The translations under genes and the position numbers were made by a program. A DNA stretch of 64,000 bases, taken from Fistulifera solaris. Lineage: Eukaryota. Position 1 is the stretch's first letter. Each line of letters begins with the position of its first letter. Shown here one piece after another: positions 1 to 10,987 of this stretch. A model generated the notes under the pieces. The model saw nothing but the letters and a program-made list of their open reading frames with translations. It had not been told where the DNA came from and searched no databases. The stretch spans positions 434,001-498,000 of the forward strand of contig AP026140.1 of NCBI GenBank assembly GCA_030295235.1. Direction: 5' to 3'.

Positions 1-406
1 TCCCGTTGAGAGAGACTTACGTGACCAAAAAGCTAGCAAAAGACCAAATTGTGTTTCTTGTTGTATACAAGGGTGCTACAAGCCCGCTGACCCGTCGTGT
101 GGCCGATGAAATTCGATGTCGCTTGGAAGCGCTTGCAGTAGAACGAATAGGACTCCGTTTAGCCAAGGCGGGAAGAATGGTTTCGAAACCTTTTCCGTAT
201 CCACTTCTGGATTGCTTAGTGGAGGAATTTTTCAGTCGAAGGAAACTGCATGACGTCGATGCGAACGGGTTGGAAACGCACGCCAACTTGATCTTGCCTG
301 ACGTTCAGAGGAGCACACTGGTCAATTGAAATTTCAATAGCTATAGTCTTACATAACTTTACAATGCATAGAATTGCTGAAAACAAGCATGTCATCTCAT
401 TTTTTA

Positions 407-1441
407 TTAACAAAAGGAGACACGATAGGCTTCCAGCCTCTCTATGACTTCAGCATCCAAGTATGCCTCCATGGCTTCAATGGGCGGTGGAGAATGGATG
501 GTAGCCGGACCCGTAAGAACGCCAATCTTCTCGGCGGTCATCGGATCCAGACATCGGTGCACTAGTTTCCACACCCACTCAAAGGATGGAGGCATTGGGT
601 ACACATAGCACTTTGCCAAGCGTTCTGGAAATAGCGATAGCAGTAGCGAAGAGGTGGATTGAATGAATGGCAGAAGCTGCGCTCCATTGGGATTCCGCCA
701 ACCGAGGCCTCCCCGGACATCAATCAAAACAGTCATGCACTCCAGCGAGTTGGGATCCATTTTCCGATCCATATACAGAGCACTTGCTAAGGCATAGGTA
801 CGCAAGCTAATCAGCCGGTCATCCATTCGCCCCGGAATAATATGAATAATGCGATTCCCCTCCTGATCCCTCATGGGCTCTCCGTTCTTCATAGTGTGAG
901 TCGTCCCCATTTGAGGGACTTGTACCACATCCACGGTTTCTCCGCACGATTTCGCGGCGACGGCCACGGCAATTCTCCAATCGTCAATGTCTTGGTTGCC
1001 CGTGAGTGTCACGGAGGATCGAATCTCCCATTCCAACGTTTTGTGCTTGGTTTTCCACTCCAGGTATTGTTGTAAATTATGAATCGCAGAGCGGAGGTCG
1101 CCCTTGGTACCGATATAAAACCGTTGTCGTTCCTGCGGCGTTGCCGAAGGAACTTTGACATCCCAGAGTGGATCATTCAGAGGCTGATTGACTTCGGATG
1201 CATCCGATAAGGATGAATCATACGATAGATCATCCGAAAGAATACTCAGTACAGTCCCTGTCGAGTCGTGGAGACCTGCAAAAGACGAGCTAGTCTTGCG
1301 ACGCGGTTGTCTTCTGTACCACCAGAATACGATGAACGCGGCTACGAGATAGGAAGTATCGAAGTACTTCGCCGACGCCCATACCGTTGATGCGACCCAT
1401 CGAGTCACTTCCAGCAGCAACATACCCAGTTGATGGATCAT
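407..1441 (-). CDS. CRAL-TRIO (Sec14-like) domain protein with N-terminal transmembrane segment
   Basis: ORF 407..1462, first ATG at 1441. CRAL-TRIO-like motifs 'RDQEGNRII', 'MTVLIDVRG', 'LFPERLAKCYVYPMPPSFEWVWKLVHRCLDPMTAEKI'. Hydrophobic 'YLVAAFIVFWW'. Confidence 0.75.
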   Translation of the reverse strand: MIHQLGMLLLEVTRWVASTVWASAKYFDTSYLVAAFIVFWWYRRQPRRKTSSSFAGLHDSTGTVLSILSDDLSYDSSLSDASEVNQPLNDPLWDVKVPSATPQERQRFYIGTKGDLRSAIHNLQQYLEWKTKHKTLEWEIRSSVTLTGNQDIDDWRIAVAVAAKSCGETVDVVQVPQMGTTHTMKNGEPMRDQEGNRIIHIIPGRMDDRLISLRTYALASALYMDRKMDPNSLECMTVLIDVRGGLGWRNPNGAQLLPFIQSTSSLLLSLFPERLAKCYVYPMPPSFEWVWKLVHRCLDPMTAEKIGVLTGPATIHSPPPIEAMEAYLDAEVIERLEAYRVSFC

Positions 1442-2274
1442 TTTCGACTGTCGAACGTGCAATTACCGATAAAACTTTCTTCGCAAATTATGTGATCTTC
1501 CACGATAACACGATAATAACGGTGAGCTTCCTAATTGAGGCTGTCTGTATCGTGATACACAACAAGAATCGCCTTGCCCGTCAGCACTCGGCCTCGTCGC
1601 CTGGGAATTCAATGTTGCGATGTGTGTGAACTCTTGTTGATTTGATGGGACGACAATTAATAACAACAACCATGCATTGACACGCCCCGTTTTTCGTCTT
1701 TTTCGCCAAAAGTAAACTGTCCAGAGCCACGAAGCAGCTGCTTTTTGTTTTGCGTTTTTGTTGTCACAAGTAAAGTCACAGAGTCACAATCAACGGTTGG
1801 TGGCATTTTTCGCGAGGCGACTGTACAGCGAATGTGTTTGGGGCTTATGCAACGACCAACGACTTTCTGTATAGTAATTAAGCAAGCGGTTGGCTATGGG
1901 AAAACATGTAGGACACCGGTACTCCAGTTTTGATGACCAGTTATGATCCAAAAGTCATCAGCGTCTCAGGGTCATAATTCTCTATAATGCCCTTTCTTAG
2001 GATTTGTCCGTTGAGGATAGTCCGTTGACCGTTGTGTTTCGTGTTGCCTAGCACAGAAACTTACAAATGTCGTTCTGGTTCCGAACGGCAACTATCTTCG
2101 GCTCGTGCTTCGTGCTCGTGGCAGCCGATCTTGAAACGCAAACCTGCGACCGCGAACGAAAGCAACTCGATCTCGTCCGGATGACTGTTCGCAGTGTTTG
2201 GCGGAGTGATTGCGCGTTTAACAATCGTATCACAAAGCTTACGAAAAGTATTCTTAGCTTTACAGTTTAGAACG

Positions 2275-4501
2275 ATGTCCTCGGCACGGCCACGACGGAC
2301 GCGGAAGCCTGTAGAAGTCTCCGAAACGGCAAAAGAAGTAGTGACTCTCGGATTGCGCAGTTTGGTGCAGGAACGGATCTTGGAAGATGTGTTTGTATCT
2401 GCTTCGAGTAAGTCATCGCAACACGTCTGTTTGTCAAGTTGTGGGGCTATAAGAACTGAAGAGGAGCTTTGTCAGCTTGATCTTCTGTAATCACTTTGGG
2501 TTCCCAACGGACACAGTCGTTTTCGCCCCGTTGACGCTTTTCTCTCTGTCTTGCATGTCTCTAAACTGCCACTTTTCCGACAGACAAGTATCCGGGATGG
2601 AAAGTCCTCATTCTAGATGACCTTTCGATGAGAGTCATTTCGTCGGCGGTCGGTATGTATGATATCATGGAACGCAAAATTACAATCGTCGAGTCGTTGA
2701 ACAAAAAGCGGGCCCCGTTCCCCGATATGGGGGCCGTTTACGTCCTGGAACCGTCATCGGATAGTATTTCCAAGCTATTGCAGGATTTTGAAAAAGGAAA
2801 AGTACTCTACGGAAACGCGGTATTCCTTTACTTTCTCGGTCGCTTGCCGGATAACTTGTTGGATCAAATCAAGGGTTGCAAACAATTGCTCAAGCGTTTG
2901 AAGGCACTGTCGGAGATTAATATTGACTTTTTGGCCAAAGAGGAACGAGCCTTTTCGTTCGACATGCGGGATTGCTTCGGCTCGTTCTATTTGCGCAAGG
3001 CCGCGAATGCCGAAGTTCGCAAAATTGCCGATCGGCTCGTGACCGTTTGTGGAACGCTCAACGAGTATCCTCACATCCGATACAAACAGTCGTCCACCAT
3101 GTCCAGCAGCTTGGCTCACATCTTTCACCGAAAGATGGACGACTTTGTAGCGCAGAATCCGAATTGGTGGTATCATGGTGGGCCCAAGAAAGGGGCGGGT
3201 GCGGCGAAAGAACGTGGTACGCTCTTGCTGCTCGATCGAGCCGATGATGCGTTGACGCCGTTGATGCATGATTTTTATTATCAGTCTATGGTTCGTGATC
3301 TTCTCCCGATGGATGGAGACCGTATCACGTTTAAGGATGAGTCTGTGGATGATCCGAACAAGACGGAGGATAAAGATGTCTTGTTGGATGAAAAGGATAA
3401 GCTGTGGGTTGAGATTAGAGGCTTTCACATTGCCCAAGTCATTCACACCTTGTCCGAGCGCATTCGCGAAATGGTGAATTCCTCTGCCGGAAGTGCATTT
3501 GGTGGAAAGTCAAAGGGCGATATGACCCTCGCACAAATGGCTGCGGCGATGAAGGCTCTGCCTGAGTACAAAGAGGTCATGTCGAAGCTGACACAGCACA
3601 TGCATATCGCTCACGAGTGCATGGATGCATTGAAGAAGGATAAGTTGATGGACTTGGCCAATTTGGAGCAGACATTGGCGACTGGTACAGACGAAGACGG
3701 CAATGCTCCCAAACTTCCCGACCTCATTGACGCTGCCGAAGATCTTATCATGAATATGAAGAATGTGAAAGACCGTCTTCGCTTAATTCTAATCATCACC
3801 ATCAGCCAGGGAGGACTTCGTCAACAAGATCGTCGGAGACTCATGAACGCGGCTGAGCTTACCAGAAAAGATATGAGAACGTTGAATAGCTTAGAGGTAC
3901 TTGGTTTGTCCTTATTCGCCTCTCCCGCCGAGAAGAAGGGCGGCCTAGCCTCGTTATTTGGGTGAGTGTGGTGTGAGTCGATATTGAAGGAACAGGAATG
4001 TTTGTCATCTAACTTTTTGTTTGTAGTCGAGGGTCGTCGGCTGGAGAGGATGACGAAGAATATGCTGCTACTCGATACAAGCCCAGGATCAAGGCGGTTC
4101 TTGAGAGTTTGGCCAACGGAACGCTGAGCTTGGAGGAATATCCCAGCGTCATGCCCATGCCAGAGAGTGCAGCAGCGGCGTCGAAGCGTGGTAGCACAGC
4201 ACGCGGTGCAGCTACGCGACGGGGTGTGGAGAGCGCTCGAAAGAAATCGGACACTTCTTCTCGCTGGAATAAATCCAGCGGATCGGACCGAGGAAGTGCC
4301 AGTTCGGGTACCAGCGCCGCGTTTGGTGGAGGACGATGCATTGTCTTTATGCTGGGAGGCTTAGCCTACTCTGAAATCCGCGTAGCTCGCGAAGTGATGA
4401 AAAGTGAGTCAACTGAAATCATTATTGGGTCGACGGCGTTTGTTTCGCCCAAAGAATACATGAATGAATTAGAATCGCTTGGCGAAGATGTCGACGAGTA
4501 G
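2275..4501 (+). CDS. SEC1: Sec1/Munc18 (syntaxin-binding) family protein, 3 exons (2275-2407, 2584-3961, 4027-4501)
   Basis: Motifs 'WKVLILDD', 'TLNEYPHIRY', 'LLLLDRADDALTPLMHDFYYQSM', 'FMLGGLAYSEIR', 'IIIGST'. Introns GTAAGT(2408)..CAG(2583) and GTGAGT(3962)..TAG(4026) keep the frame. Confidence 0.93.
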
Positions 4502-4621
4502 AAGTTATGCGAAGGCGGTAGTAAAGAATGAGAAAAAGAGGACGACTTCTCATGACGAAAGGGGAACCCTAGTCAAAGATAAACAGTGTAGTGCTTGGCA
4601 ATACTTGCATTATTGAAATCC

Positions 4622-5695
4622 TTAGTCTTTGGGTTCAGTTATAATCTTCCCATTCTCATCCATCTCCATATGCTTTAACGGAGCAAATGTTCGACGATGA
4701 ATGATGGTGGCTCCATGGTCTCGCACCGCTTTCATATGAAAGGCCGTCGGATAACCTTTGTTTTGTTTAAGATCATATTCGGGATAGAGCGCGTCATACG
4801 CATGCATGAGCCGATCCCGCGTGACTTTCGCCAGAATGGAAGCCGCCGCAATGGAAAACTCTCGACTATCGCCTTTGACGATGGTCTCGGCTGCGCAGGG
4901 CATGGATTTGGGTAGACGGTTCCCATCAATCAACGCGTAGGCTTTTTCGGTTATTATGGACTGTAATGTGGTGGGTTTTCCTTCCGCATCCGAGGCTCCA
5001 CACACAATATAACAACCTGTATGCTGGATGCTCGCTTCTGTTAGTATCGGGTAATCCTCAACCTGCCCCTGCAACACCGCCTGCGCACAAATCCGCATTC
5101 CTTCCAATGTCGCCTGCAAAATATTGATTTCATCAATTTTGACGGCATCCATGACCGCCACTGCCCATCGTAGGTTGGGACTCTGTAGAATCTTGTCGAA
5201 TAATATTTCGCGTTGTTCTTCTTTTGTAATTTGTTTGCTATCCGTGATACCGGCAATGTTCGTGGGGATGATGGCAGCCGCCGTCACCACCGGTCCACAC
5301 AAGGGACCACGACCGGCTTCATCAATGCCCATGATGAATGAATAGTTGTTTTCTTTCAACGCATCTTCACGTGTCCGTGGAAGGCAGATTGTTTCGGTAT
5401 TGTCTTTGGCGTCACCGATTTCTGTCTTCGTTTTGGTGGTAGTTCGAGGCTTCTTTTCGGTAGACTTTGTTGATGTTTTGACACTCCGTGAGCGCTTCTT
5501 GGGTTCCTCCTGCAACAAAGGTTCGTCTTCACTGTCATTCGTTACCACCGACACTTGTGTCGCCAGGAACCGCGGACTCCGGCGTGGCGGTGCCGATGGA
5601 GTGAGTGGTTGTTGTGAAATTAGTCGAACCATGATAGGATGACTCCGCGAATGATGAGAAACAGCACGATAAAGAAGGAGACGGGCCAAGCGCAT
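4622..5695 (-). CDS. rnhB: Ribonuclease HII, bacterial-like type with N-terminal extension
   Basis: 'GIDEAGRGPLCGPVV', 'DSKQ', 'DEINILQAT', 'LIDGN', 'KGD..SIAAASILAKVTRD', 'NKGYPT..H', 'IHRRTFAP'. Start uncertain (5695 or 5632). Confidence 0.92.
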   Translation of the reverse strand: MRLARLLLYRAVSHHSRSHPIMVRLISQQPLTPSAPPRRSPRFLATQVSVVTNDSEDEPLLQEEPKKRSRSVKTSTKSTEKKPRTTTKTKTEIGDAKDNTETICLPRTREDALKENNYSFIMGIDEAGRGPLCGPVVTAAAIIPTNIAGITDSKQITKEEQREILFDKILQSPNLRWAVAVMDAVKIDEINILQATLEGMRICAQAVLQGQVEDYPILTEASIQHTGCYIVCGASDAEGKPTTLQSIITEKAYALIDGNRLPKSMPCAAETIVKGDSREFSIAAASILAKVTRDRLMHAYDALYPEYDLKQNKGYPTAFHMKAVRDHGATIIHRRTFAPLKHMEMDENGKIITEPKD

Positions 5696-6345
5696 GAAGA
5701 ATGAAAGTTTCACTCAACAAAGAGACTTTTGGTGGTGTTTGTGGCAACAACTTTTATAGCTTTATTTTTTTATTTTTGCATGTTGCATCAAAAGGGGCGG
5801 CGCATTTTGGTATGTTCCTCGAAATCCGAAACAGCAGTACCGGATGCACCCGGTGTGACAAAAACTAGCTACTATAGTCCTGAGTGTATGCTACCTTATC
5901 CAAGACTGGATTTCAGTCCTGAGAACAAATTTTGGAAAACGATAGACACGGCGATAAAAAGACTATGTTCTTTGGTGATGCACAGAAAATAGTCTGGGAT
6001 GTTTTGTTTTCATGCGCATAGAAAATAATGGGCGTGTGGTGCCCTCAAGTACCCAGAATGTCTGGACATTTGGTGTTTCCTCATGGGGATCATGTATTTT
6101 CACGATCCCAGAAAATCTGGATGACGTTTGTTTTCACGTTCAGTGTTGATCAGTCCCTAGGTGACGGACGAAGGCAGGACGCAAGTTGATGTTGCGTGGA
6201 TTTGGAACTTCGGGTTTTCTGGCAACAAAAACAAAAAGAACACCATCACATTCTCGTTAATGCTTCGCAATCTCACATCCATTTGAATCCATTACCGAGT
6301 TCTCATAATTCCTTTATACACAGCAACAACAACTTCAACATAAAG

Positions 6346-7254
6346 ATGAGTTTACGAACTGCCATCAACAGTCTTTCTCCTCCAATGGTAGCATCGGCTG
6401 GAATTGGCGTTCTCGCCACCATGCCCTGGATGTCGTCTTCGGGTGTTTCCTTGGCGGTCTTACAAGGCGCCAACGCCGCGGCCTTTGGTGCCAATTGTTT
6501 GGCCGTGTCGATTCCGGGACGTATTGATGGCACACAAGATCAAGAGATGCGTCCCGGATTGTTGCGGGCCGACGATGATCCGTACGAGCCTCCCGATTAT
6601 ACGAACGTGTACTCTCCGTCCCGAGGACGCACCTTGGTGGCGCCATCGGGATGGGCGTTTGCGATATGGGGTCCCATTTATGCCGGTGAAGCAATATTTA
6701 CGGTAGCACAATTCTTCCCGCAGTCGGGTTTGGCCCTGTATCTTCCTGCGATATCGGCGCCGTTCATTGCGGCCAATCTCTTTCAGTCCCTCTGGTGTGC
6801 ATCCTTTCGTCCGCAGTATCAAGGCTGGGCCAGTTATATCAGTGTCGCCATGTTGGGTGGAACCGCGTATTCACTCTCCCAAGTGCATGCAGTGGCGTGT
6901 ACGGCAACGGGTCCGGCGTATTGGTTCCTTTTGCCCTTATCGATTCATTTTGGTTGGACGACGGCGGCGACTTTGGTCAATTTGTCGGGTTCCGTCGCCA
7001 TGAGTCCCGAAAATTCGGACGAATTCGTCACGGCGATTGGGCATTCCTCGGCGGTGTTGGCGACGGCTCTCGGAGTGGGTCTTACATTGAGTCATGCGGC
7101 GCCGGTCTATGGCTTGACGTTGGCGTGGGCGTTGTCGGCGTGTGCCGATGGAATGAAAACGCGTGATGCGCCGGCCGCCAAAGTCATGCAGAAATTGTGC
7201 TGGACGGGGGCACTGGCGTGTGCTACGGCGGCTGCCTATACATTTTCTCTCTAA
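6346..7254 (+). CDS. Multi-pass membrane protein, TspO/MBR-related
   Basis: 'TLVAPSGWAFAIWGPIY' and 'LSIHFGWTTAATLVN' motifs with several hydrophobic helices. First ATG at 6346 within ORF 6196..7254. Confidence 0.6.
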   Translation: MSLRTAINSLSPPMVASAGIGVLATMPWMSSSGVSLAVLQGANAAAFGANCLAVSIPGRIDGTQDQEMRPGLLRADDDPYEPPDYTNVYSPSRGRTLVAPSGWAFAIWGPIYAGEAIFTVAQFFPQSGLALYLPAISAPFIAANLFQSLWCASFRPQYQGWASYISVAMLGGTAYSLSQVHAVACTATGPAYWFLLPLSIHFGWTTAATLVNLSGSVAMSPENSDEFVTAIGHSSAVLATALGVGLTLSHAAPVYGLTLAWALSACADGMKTRDAPAAKVMQKLCWTGALACATAAAYTFSL

Positions 7255-7331
7255 AACGGGAGATGAGAGAAAGAGAACATATTATTTCAAAAATTTATGA
7301 AAGATAGACTACGAAACACGGAGTAGCTTCA

Positions 7332-9118
7332 TTATGAATTCACACGAGGGCGCTTGCTGTTGCCGACCGTTGATGTTCCCACGTGTTCCGCATCGTTTAA
7401 TTGTGCATTTTGTAAGTCTTGTATATCCAAGTCAATTTCATTTGCATCTTCCTCAATGTCATCAATATCAATAGCATTTTCATCTTGCTCGTTGTCGTCC
7501 AAATCGATCACATTTGCATCGTCATCATCCTCAACTGGCAAAGTAGTATGCAACGACGTTCCGGCCTCTCCATAATCGAGTACAATTTCGTTCTCATCCA
7601 CTGGTGCCTTGTCATCTTCAACTCTATTCATGGAATAAGGGATTGTGACAATGTGGTCCAAACCGAGTTTCCGAAGGAAATCATCGGTCTGAGGATTCCC
7701 CATGGGATGTAGAGGAGGTGGAAGTTGTCGAGGAAGTGGAGCGGGAGGGCCTTGATGGGCCGGTACTGTCGGTTGGAAAGCATCCGGATCAATGTTCAAC
7801 GAATTAGAGGAACGAATGGCATCGACATCTTCGCGGCTGACGGACACGATATCTACTGGGACACGGACCGGTCCTCGGCTATTACTCGACAAATGATGCG
7901 TTTTGCGAAGCACTGCCAACCATTCTGGGTCATACGAAAGGCCGTTCGACTCGTCGTCTTCACCAACAGGTTTTTCAATATGAACAATGGAGAGAAAGTG
8001 CCTACGAGGTAGACATTTGTCGAGCGAAAGAAATTGTGTCATCATGTCGGTCAAGTCGGCCCCCGAACATGGATCTTTTCCTGTCATGGCAATAAACTCA
8101 GTCGTTTGATCGGATTTTTGGTCGGAAGAAGGCGGGACGCTTGGTGCTGGTGACTTTATCACTTGCGACGGCGTCAACTGCAAGTTGGTTTCTTGCTTCA
8201 CGTCTTTTTCTTTACTGTGTCTCATCGTTGCTTTAAATTTGACATGCAAATGCGCCGAAAACCACCACGGAGGCTGAATCGCCTGCAACAATTCTTCGTT
8301 CGGAGGACTCCCCAAACAGTTCTGTTGCACTTCGTCGCGAAAGAATGGCTTCTTCTTTAACAATCCTTCCGTATTTCCGTGTTGCTCAATGCCACGAGGC
8401 CAGTCATGGCTCAACATAATGTTCACTACGGGTGATTCTGGGCGAATCGCTTTCGCTGTCTGGGCATAACATTTCATTCGATACACATCCACTTCTCGCA
8501 CGTGGTAGATACTTCGTAACGCCGATGGATCCAAAGGAAACGTTTCATAGCGTCCTTTCTGGTAATCATGTGATTTATAAATCCCGCTGATTCCTCCTAT
8601 GCGAATTCCTTTGTAGCGCACCACTCCGGCGGCTCCTATATAATAAATATTGGGCGCCACCCATCCACCATAATACAACTCCTGCAAAGGCTGTGAGGCT
8701 TCATGATTGCCTCCTATAAAGACGGTCAAGATGGGAGCCCGTTGCTGTCCACTGTAATAGCGATAGAATGATCCCAGAGTCCGATACTTCGGAGGAACCG
8801 CCATGCTGTGAAAATCCGCTGTATTCCGCACGGATTGAAAATCACCACAACACAACAGCAAATCAATGGGACGTCCCTTTGCTTCCTCATGACGTGCTAA
8901 GCGTTCGTAAATCGCCTCAATTCTCCGTGACAACATCCTTCAACGGCAATTGTCACGGAAGTATCGGAAACTACCCCGAGTTCTTCAATCTCCAAGTCGA
9001 TGGGAGTGTCGTCTCTTCGTCCGCTGTTATTGTTGTGAAATCGGCGTCCACCACGTCGTCCTCCACGAAATTCACGGCCTCCACCTCGAGAAAAGCCTCC
9101 ACGGTGAAAAGATCGCAT
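7332..9118 (-). CDS. DBR1: RNA lariat debranching enzyme (one frameshift near 8918)
   Basis: 'IAVEGCCHGEL' (ORF 8897..9118) joins 'DLLLCCGDFQ', 'FIGGNHEAS', 'LSHDWP', 'WFSAHLHVKF', 'FLSLDKCLPRRHFL' (ORF 7332..8936). One missing G restores GELEAIYERL. Confidence 0.95.
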
Positions 9119-9250
9119 GTAAAAGGAAACAAATAAGATGTGTACTGGGTGCTAATACAATAGAAGAGAGACCAATAATTGTCGATGAAATTCCATAGAA
9201 ACAAAGTCAACAACAAAAAAAAATAGAATGAGCCACAAAAAAGGCAAAAG

Positions 9251-9323
9251 TGGAGGATGCCGGAATCGAACCGGCGACCTTGTGCATGCTAAGCACACGC
9301 TCTACCAACTGAGCTAAACCCCC
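9251..9323 (-). tRNA. trnA-AGC: tRNA-Ala (anticodon AGC)
   Basis: Reverse complement GGGGGTTTAGCTCAGTTGGTAGAGCGTGTGCTTAGCATGCACAAGGTCGCCGGTTCGATTCCGGCATCCTCCA. 73-nt cloverleaf, G3:U70 Ala determinant, T-runs downstream. Confidence 0.97.
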
Positions 9324-9492
9324 TCCGTCGTAGAATAGCAGATCTATAGTACACAAAACTTAGTTGTTGTTTTACACCAATAACAATAACCGCGCAAAAT
9401 TGGTGAACAACATCGCCTCGTTTCATTCTGATGAATTCTTTGTCAGCACTACGTACCAGGTACTTGTATGAAACGCATATTTATCAAAAGTT

Positions 9493-10937
9493 ATGGCATT
9501 TCCGCTCAACTCCACAAGCATCACTCTCCGTAAATGCCTAGAGCGCACGAAACTGTCCATTCGGTACTTTGACACTTCCGCCTTTCAGGATGCGAAAAAA
9601 CGCCACCACCACAACCCAAATCATCGAAAAGCTCCAAACCCAGTTATCGGTTCGTGGATCGCACACGCGTTCGCGTGACGGGTGGGATGGGTGGGAAAGG
9701 ATCCTTGTCGATGAAACCCTCGCGGAAACGCTATAAACTCAAACCGGACGGTGGACACGGTGGCAATGGAGGAAGTGTTATTCTCGTGGCGGATCCCCAC
9801 GAACAATCCTTGCGATGGTCGCATCCGCATCTGCAAGCCGAAAAAGGTAGCAATGGGGATAGTCAGGATTGTCACGGAAAGAATGGTGAAAATTTAATTG
9901 TGCGAGTGCCTTGTGGTGTGTTGGTCAAGCGAGTATTGAATCATGGTGAAGTCTGGGATGAAGAGAGGGAAATGGTATTGAATAGTAGAACCGATGACAG
10001 TTCACTTCACGACAATGAAGATAAAGTCGAAGTATCTCGTGAGGTACAGGCCTTATTGGATGCCATGGGTCATACAGACGACAATGATTTAGAGGATGCC
10101 GATGATGAAGAAGAGGACTGGGTAAGTGACGACGATGATATTCAAAAAGAGCGTGATAGAGTAATACTGGCCGATCTCGATAAACCTGGTGCACATGTGA
10201 TGGTGGCCAGGGGTGGCCGCGGGGGTCTGGGGTCATCCATTTACGGCGGCGAATCGGGCCCCATGCCGGATCCTCGTGAAATGATTGCCAAGTCCAAGCC
10301 ACAGCCCGGGGAAATCGCCTTTCTGGAATTGGAACTGAAATTAATTGCCGATATCGGTTTAGTAGGCTTTCCGAATGCTGGAAAATCAAGCTTGTTGAGG
10401 GCAATGAGTCGAGCTACGCCGGAAGTGGCGCCCTATCCGTTTACCACGTTGCACCCCATCTTGGGAAGTGTCGATTATCGTGACGGTGTTCGCATTCGAG
10501 TGGCGGATATTCCGGGATTAATTGACGGTGCATCCGAGGGGCGAGGAAAAGGATTCGACTTTCTTCGGCACATTGAGCGTACCAAAGCGCTTCTTTACAT
10601 CGTAGACGCTGCTGGAGTTGATTTCCGTGATCCTGCTGAAGACCTTCGTGTGTTAGCGAACGAGATTGCCTCGTATGGAAATGGGGCTATGATGGATAGG
10701 CGGGCGCTGATTGTAGCCAACAAAATCGATCTTTTGAGCGAAGAGAGTCTTCCTGAGCTGAAATACGCTATCTCACAGGCAGCGAAGGAAATGGGAATAC
10801 TGACGGATCATGAGATATTTGCCATCAGTGCCGGTGTCACAGGGACGGGACTGTCATCGCTTTCGAAAGCCATGCGTGAAGTTGTTGCCACTGTCGACGA
10901 AGAAAACGATTTATGGTATGATGATCATATTGGTTAG
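9493..10937 (+). CDS. obgE: Obg family GTPase (MTG2/ObgE-like, probably mitochondrial); frameshift near 9630
   Basis: 'FVDRTRVRVTGGMGGKG', 'PDGGHGGNGG', 'LELKLIADIGLVGFPNAGKSS', 'YPFTTLHP', 'DIPGLI', 'NKID'. The basic leader from ATG 9493 is in another frame. Confidence 0.92.
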
Positions 10938-10987
10938 CTTTGAACAACTCCATAGAAGTTAACTTGTTCTAGGTTTATGCAATTGCA

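Noticed and set aside
6..413. Short overlapping ORFs at the window start
   Set aside because: No recognisable motif and no consistent gene model from this window alone.
2775..3446. Long antisense ORFs (also 26628-27197, 44859-45506, 19085-19732)
   Set aside because: Shadow ORFs opposite well-supported genes, with no motifs of their own.
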